A stretch of 11,530 nt of DNA, from the NCBI GenBank assembly GCA_044236265.1, contig JBIIGV010000091.1, positions 1 to 11,530 of the forward strand, in the 5' to 3' direction. The notes below the pieces were generated by a model. It ran no database searches and was not told the DNA's origin. It worked only from the letters and a program-made list of their open reading frames with translations. Both the position numbers and the translations under genes were made by a program. Position 1 is the first letter of the stretch, and each line of letters opens with the position of its first letter. Below, in pieces: positions 7,186 to 11,530 of this stretch. The DNA comes from Oligoflexales bacterium. GTDB taxonomy: Bacteria > Bdellovibrionota_B > Oligoflexia > Oligoflexales > RGVZ01.

Positions 7186-10100
7186 TTGTTGAAAAGATAT
7201 CCCCTGAAAATTTTACTGACTCTTGCGTTATTGAGCGCAGGTTGCGAGAGCAATATTGAAATTACGCAGGCTGGTGATGCAACGACTCTTGCAGCAAAGC
7301 GATTCGGCTTGGTGATTAAAACCCAGCCAATCGATCAGCCGTTCTCCGAATCAATAAAATTCTCCGTTGACGCAACGTCGGTAGACAATAGTTCATTGAA
7401 TTACCAGTGGCAGGTCAGTCATGACGATGGAAATTCCTTTACAGATGTGGAGGGTGCTAATGCGTCTGCTCTTGACATTGTCGGAGCAACAGTTGATGTG
7501 ATTGGCTTCCGCTACCGGGCTCAGCTTTGGTCTACTAAAGCTTCAATTAAGGTGCTGAGTTCATCGGCCGAAATTAAGGCAATATCGAATAGCGATGAAA
7601 TTAGTCTTAAGATCGCGACACATCCTCTGGCGCAGAAAGCTTCGGGTGGGGCCGCGGTTTTCCAAGCCACAGTCGAGACGAAGAATATCTCTGACGTTGC
7701 CTACCAATGGCAGGTGAGCATCGATGCGGGTGCAACGTTTAGCGACATTGTGGGAGCAACAGAAAGTACAATTAGTTTGTCGAATTTAACGAGCGCGGAG
7801 AGTGGGCGGTTATATCGCCTGAAGGCATCATCAGCAAAAAACAATTTGTCGGTCTTTAGTGACCCAGCTGCCCTGACATTGGATGAAGTGATTAATATCA
7901 TCCAGCAGCCTACTTCTCAGTCGACCAATACGTCTTCGGCATCATTCGCCGTCACCGCTTCTGCAACACCATCCGCAACACTTGCTTACCAGTGGCAGGT
8001 CAGCACCAATGGTGGCACGACATTCTCAGACATTGCAGGAGCGACAAGCAGTACGTTGACTCTTACAGGTCTGACGCCCGCAAATAGTGGCCAGGTCTAC
8101 AAAGTTAAAGTCCAGTTATCTTCTGGCAGCGGCACACCTGTTGATAGTAGCCATGCGACTTTGACGGTGACGCCACAAATCCAAATTACCACTCAGCCTC
8201 AAAATGTGACTTCGTCGGATGGTAATGCGACATTCTCAATAGTGTCCACTGCATCAGTCGGTACGTTGACATACCAATGGCAAAAAAGCACGGACGGCGG
8301 TAGCTCCTTTTCGGATATCCCTGGAAAAACCTCAGCAAGTCTTGCATTGACGGGGCTGACATCTGCAGAACATAACACGCGATATAGAGTTAATCTCGGT
8401 GTGACTGGATCAGCAGTGCAGTCCACTTCAAGTTCTGCGACATTATCAATGACTCCGACCGTTAGCATCACCCAGCAGCCTACCTCTCAAACCACCAATA
8501 CGTCTTCGGTATCATTCGCCGTCACCGCATCAGCGACATTATCAGCGGGTGTTATCTACCAATGGCAAGTTAGCTCTGATAGTGGTTCAACATTTACAGA
8601 TGTCGCAGGTGCCACAAGTAGCTCCTTAAGTCTGTCTGGTTTAACTCCGGCAAACAGCGGTCAAATCTATAAAGTCAGGGTCCAGGCTGCTTCTGGCGCA
8701 AGCACTCCAGTCTTCAGCGATAACGTCACGCTGACGGTCACGCCCTTGCTGGATATCACCAACCACCCAGAAAATAGCACATCATTAAATGGAAACGTGA
8801 CCTTTACAGTCATCGCCACCGCGTCAGTTGGAACTTTGACTTACCAATGGCAGAAAAGCACAGATGGCGGACTTAGCTTCGCCAACCTCGCTGGAAAGAC
8901 GTCGGCAAGTCTTTCATTGTCGAGCTTGACGGTTGCGGATCACGACGCAAGATTTCGAGTCAAGATTGGTGCCCTCAATGCTGTCGTGACCTTGGCCTCA
9001 TCCGCAGCAACTCTTCAGATTAAACCGGTAATCACGATTACTGAGCAGCCGGTTTCACAAACAATCACGAGTCTGAGCGCTAATTTCAGCGTAATAGCGA
9101 CTGTCAACCTAGGAGGTGTCGCATCCTATCAATGGCAAATCAGTCATGATAATGGGAGTACCTTCTCGAATATTTCTGGTGCGATAAGCTCTACACTAGC
9201 GCTTTCGAATTTGGCGCCGACGACCGTTGTTAAAAAATATCGGGTTAGGATCACCTCGAGTGGCATTGCGGATGCTGTTGATAGTGGTGAAGCATCCCTG
9301 ACGATCTCGTATACAGGTGCATTCAGTTCGGCGTTTTATATCAATAGTAATTTGGCATCTACATTGGATGTAAACGGATATGGAGACTATGGAACCTTTC
9401 ATTATTCAGCGTATCCAAGCTTATATGAAGGCCTCGACCCCAATAACGGACTGACCTATCAAAGTGGGATTGTGCTTCATGGCTTAGCAAATGGCTACTG
9501 CTACACAAATGGCGTTGCGGGAGATTCGCTGAATGATCCGTATTTAGGAATAACGGGCTATTGCAATAATCTTTACTACTATCAAGGGAATCTTGCGAAT
9601 GGTCTCATCGCAATTAGTACATCACTATTAATGAACATGGAATCAATGGCCGACAATTCGCCTAACCCGAAAACAATTAACCCAAGTGGCTCCGTGAGTA
9701 TCAGCACTCAGGAAGCGCTGTACGGCAGCTCTAGTTTAGACATTCCGTCAGGTTCCTATGATGGTCTAGCCATCGATTCAGGCGGTCATTTTGATTTTGG
9801 TAGCGGTAATTGGACGGTGGAGTTTTGGATAAAAGGTAAGGGAAATCCAGAATCCTGCGCCCGCATCTTTCAAACAGGTAATGGTGATGTGTTTACCGGT
9901 TTGGCAATTGGTAACCAGAACTGCGACAGCAATCTCAATCTTGGGATATCTTTGTGGGATGGGTCGAGCCCCAATTGGACGCAAACCAATTCAATTGGAT
10001 ATTATGACACGTCGAACTGGACTCATTTTGCAGTCGTGCGTTACGGTGATTCAATCATGGGGTTTGTCAACGGATACCTGAGCATGGCCGCAACTTTTAC

Positions 10101-11343
10101 CGGATCTTTAGCGCCTTCATCATGGCCCGCAGTCATTGGAGGGAACGTCAATTGGACTGGCCCTTCGCGCTCCATAAATGCTTATTTGGACGATATAAGG
10201 ATTGTTAAGGGAATAGCTCTCTATACGACTAGCTTCACTCCTCCTGCAAGTGCGCTAACTGCCGTTGGACTGGCATCTCCAAAATGCTTTAATCAAGGTG
10301 TCGACACGGGTTCTCTAGATGCTGCAGGAACCGGAATCTGCTCCGGCCAATACTACTACGCGGGTTCGCTCGCCAGTGGCATCGTCAATGGAGTTTTATA
10401 TGATTCATCGGGCTATCCATTCCAAGGTATCAATAACGCTGACGGAGATCGATATTATACGAACGGTGTCAGGGCCCATGGATACCTCTATGTTTACGCA
10501 CCTCCACAATCTTGGGGGATGGGCACTTACTTCATTGAAGGTCTAGCGACGAATTTGGACTACTCAGGCAATGGGCGCTGGTGCGAGAGTGTGACCACTG
10601 GCTACGAAGTTTGTAATAATTACGTCGAAGGTCAAGTTTTCAATGACGGTTGGTCAATTGTAAGGCAGACGTATTACTTATCCTCGTATTCGACAACATT
10701 GGGTAGCTCAGGAAACGGCTATTGGTGTGATTCTATGACTATGAATCCCGGTGGGTTGCCCTGTGGCTACTACTCTAATGGTTCATATGTAACTAATGGT
10801 TGGGTTGGTGATCCGTCCAACGTTTACCTTATTGACGGCCAAGTAGTGCCGTTAGATTCGAATGGTAACGGGTCTTGGTGCCCCGGGTGGACGTGGCTCA
10901 ACGGCAACTACCAGTACGTCTGTGGTTATTTTGAGGCAGGAGCGTATCTATCTAATGGTTGGTCTACATATGGAAACGTCTATGTTGTAAATGGATATTC
11001 ATCATCGCTCAACCAATACGGGGATGGTTACTGGTGCGACAGCATGTACGGTCAGTATTGCGGATACTACGCGAATGGTTCTCCATTCACCAACGGATGG
11101 ATTGCATCCATATCAAAATACATCATAGGAACCAGTGACACAGGTCTTGACTCTGGTGGAAACGGCACTTGGTGTGGGCCTGACCATCGCTACAGCTCGG
11201 GTATGGATTGGTCGTATCAGAATAGCCCTCTGGGCGGAACTTGCCATAGCTACATCATGGGCGACGTTGTGATGGGATGTACTGACACAGGCGCGACAAA
11301 TTACAATCCTCAGGCAACATACAGTGAAAATTGTCAGTATTGA
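7186..11343 (+). CDS. Large surface lipoprotein/adhesin: 7 Ig-like repeats, LamG/ConA-like domain, Trp-Cys repeats, GCTD motif
   Basis: 1385-aa ORF with TTG start (7186 or 7189) after GGGGTG. Lipoprotein signal LKRYPLKILLTLALLSAG-C (Cys 7243-7245). Domain motifs are listed in the sub-features. Confidence 0.9.
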   Translation: MLKRYPLKILLTLALLSAGCESNIEITQAGDATTLAAKRFGLVIKTQPIDQPFSESIKFSVDATSVDNSSLNYQWQVSHDDGNSFTDVEGANASALDIVGATVDVIGFRYRAQLWSTKASIKVLSSSAEIKAISNSDEISLKIATHPLAQKASGGAAVFQATVETKNISDVAYQWQVSIDAGATFSDIVGATESTISLSNLTSAESGRLYRLKASSAKNNLSVFSDPAALTLDEVINIIQQPTSQSTNTSSASFAVTASATPSATLAYQWQVSTNGGTTFSDIAGATSSTLTLTGLTPANSGQVYKVKVQLSSGSGTPVDSSHATLTVTPQIQITTQPQNVTSSDGNATFSIVSTASVGTLTYQWQKSTDGGSSFSDIPGKTSASLALTGLTSAEHNTRYRVNLGVTGSAVQSTSSSATLSMTPTVSITQQPTSQTTNTSSVSFAVTASATLSAGVIYQWQVSSDSGSTFTDVAGATSSSLSLSGLTPANSGQIYKVRVQAASGASTPVFSDNVTLTVTPLLDITNHPENSTSLNGNVTFTVIATASVGTLTYQWQKSTDGGLSFANLAGKTSASLSLSSLTVADHDARFRVKIGALNAVVTLASSAATLQIKPVITITEQPVSQTITSLSANFSVIATVNLGGVASYQWQISHDNGSTFSNISGAISSTLALSNLAPTTVVKKYRVRITSSGIADAVDSGEASLTISYTGAFSSAFYINSNLASTLDVNGYGDYGTFHYSAYPSLYEGLDPNNGLTYQSGIVLHGLANGYCYTNGVAGDSLNDPYLGITGYCNNLYYYQGNLANGLIAISTSLLMNMESMADNSPNPKTINPSGSVSISTQEALYGSSSLDIPSGSYDGLAIDSGGHFDFGSGNWTVEFWIKGKGNPESCARIFQTGNGDVFTGLAIGNQNCDSNLNLGISLWDGSSPNWTQTNSIGYYDTSNWTHFAVVRYGDSIMGFVNGYLSMAATFTGSLAPSSWPAVIGGNVNWTGPSRSINAYLDDIRIVKGIALYTTSFTPPASALTAVGLASPKCFNQGVDTGSLDAAGTGICSGQYYYAGSLASGIVNGVLYDSSGYPFQGINNADGDRYYTNGVRAHGYLYVYAPPQSWGMGTYFIEGLATNLDYSGNGRWCESVTTGYEVCNNYVEGQVFNDGWSIVRQTYYLSSYSTTLGSSGNGYWCDSMTMNPGGLPCGYYSNGSYVTNGWVGDPSNVYLIDGQVVPLDSNGNGSWCPGWTWLNGNYQYVCGYFEAGAYLSNGWSTYGNVYVVNGYSSSLNQYGDGYWCDSMYGQYCGYYANGSPFTNGWIASISKYIIGTSDTGLDSGGNGTWCGPDHRYSSGMDWSYQNSPLGGTCHSYIMGDVVMGCTDTGATNYNPQATYSENCQY
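7312..9309 (+). repeat. Seven tandem ~95-aa bacterial Ig-like repeats
   Basis: Consensus I..QP......F.V.A.....L.YQWQ.S.DGG..F.DI.GAT...L.L..LT......YR.......S..ATL. YQWQ begins at 7402, 7702, 7987, 8272, 8557, 8842 and 9127 (spacings 300, then 285 five times). Confidence 0.9.
9619..10245 (+). other. LamG-like / concanavalin A-like jelly-roll domain within the adhesin
   Basis: TSLLMN...DNS...YGSSSL...FDFGSGNWTVEFWIK...WTHFAVVR...FVNG...IGG...AYLDDIRIVKGIALYTTSFTPP. Confidence 0.8.
10528..11262 (+). repeat. Five Tyr/Gly/Asn-rich repeats Y.I.G..T.LD..GNG.WC-(loop)-C.YY..G....NGW
   Basis: WC at 10579, 10723, 10876, 11032 and 11170; partner Cys at 10612, 10762, 10921, 11059 and 11242. Confidence 0.85.
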
Positions 11344-11530
11344 CCTTGATATCTATCGTATTCAATCTCTTTGGCGAGAGCATGACCTACAGCGGCTAGA
11401 TATCTGCTGGAAGATTCGAAAAATTGGGGCCACACGACTGAATTTAAATTGATTAGTTTTGGAGTTCCGCTGATAAAGTAGACACTCAGGACGCCCTTGT
11501 TTTTGCTTCATACAATGCAGGTGACAAATA

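Noticed and set aside
7014..7253. 79-aa minus-strand ORF
   Set aside because: Overlaps the adhesin start and promoter; no coding features apart from a possible fragment of the receiver remnant.
7312..9309. CRISPR array or IS-derived repeats
   Set aside because: The repeats are in-frame, degenerate protein-domain repeats, not identical direct repeats with spacers.
7701..10546. Short ORFs at 7701, 8199, 9196, 9778, 9881 and 10319
   Set aside because: Shadow or alternate-frame ORFs within the adhesin gene.
10528..11343. Diversity-generating retroelement target (Y/N/G/S/D-rich C-terminus)
   Set aside because: No reverse transcriptase or near-identical template repeat differing only at adenines in the window, and the loops vary in length rather than by substitution. 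A remote template elsewhere cannot be excluded.
11348..11404. 8-bp inverted repeat GATATCTA...TAGATATC after the adhesin stop as a terminator
   Set aside because: 41-nt spacer, AT-rich stem and no U-tract.
11486..11530. Minus-strand YLSPALYEAKTRAS*, resembling a GGDEF C-terminal ALY.AK motif (KQGR follows in another frame)
   Set aside because: Only 14 codons are visible, the preceding AD is missing and a frameshift is needed; cannot be supported without flanking sequence.

Overview
Bacterial genomic window with three parts. (1) A minus-strand lipoprotein-like gene (about 1199/1238/1256 to <1) that runs off the left edge, is absent from the ORF track, and ends the window in a Pro/Gly/Ser-rich linker. 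(2) A tightly coupled five-gene + strand catabolic operon (1473-6809): class-III PLP aminotransferase, family-I 3-oxoacid CoA-transferase subunits A and B, FadA-type thiolase, and a P5C-dehydrogenase-like aldehyde dehydrogenase. Together these suggest an uncharacterised beta/omega-amino-acid to 3-oxoacid to thiolysis pathway. (3) A 1385-aa surface lipoprotein/adhesin (7186-11343) with seven YQWQ Ig-like repeats, a LamG/ConA-like domain, five Trp-Cys repeats with Cys-bounded loops of variable length, and a terminal GCTD motif. Both lipoprotein genes have the same sigma-28-like promoter signature upstream (TAAAGAG-N13-TCCGA). The 6810-7185 spacer appears to hold a decayed receiver-domain remnant on the minus strand. 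No RNA genes, CRISPR arrays or mobile elements were recognised. All family assignments come from motif recognition by eye; no searches were run.
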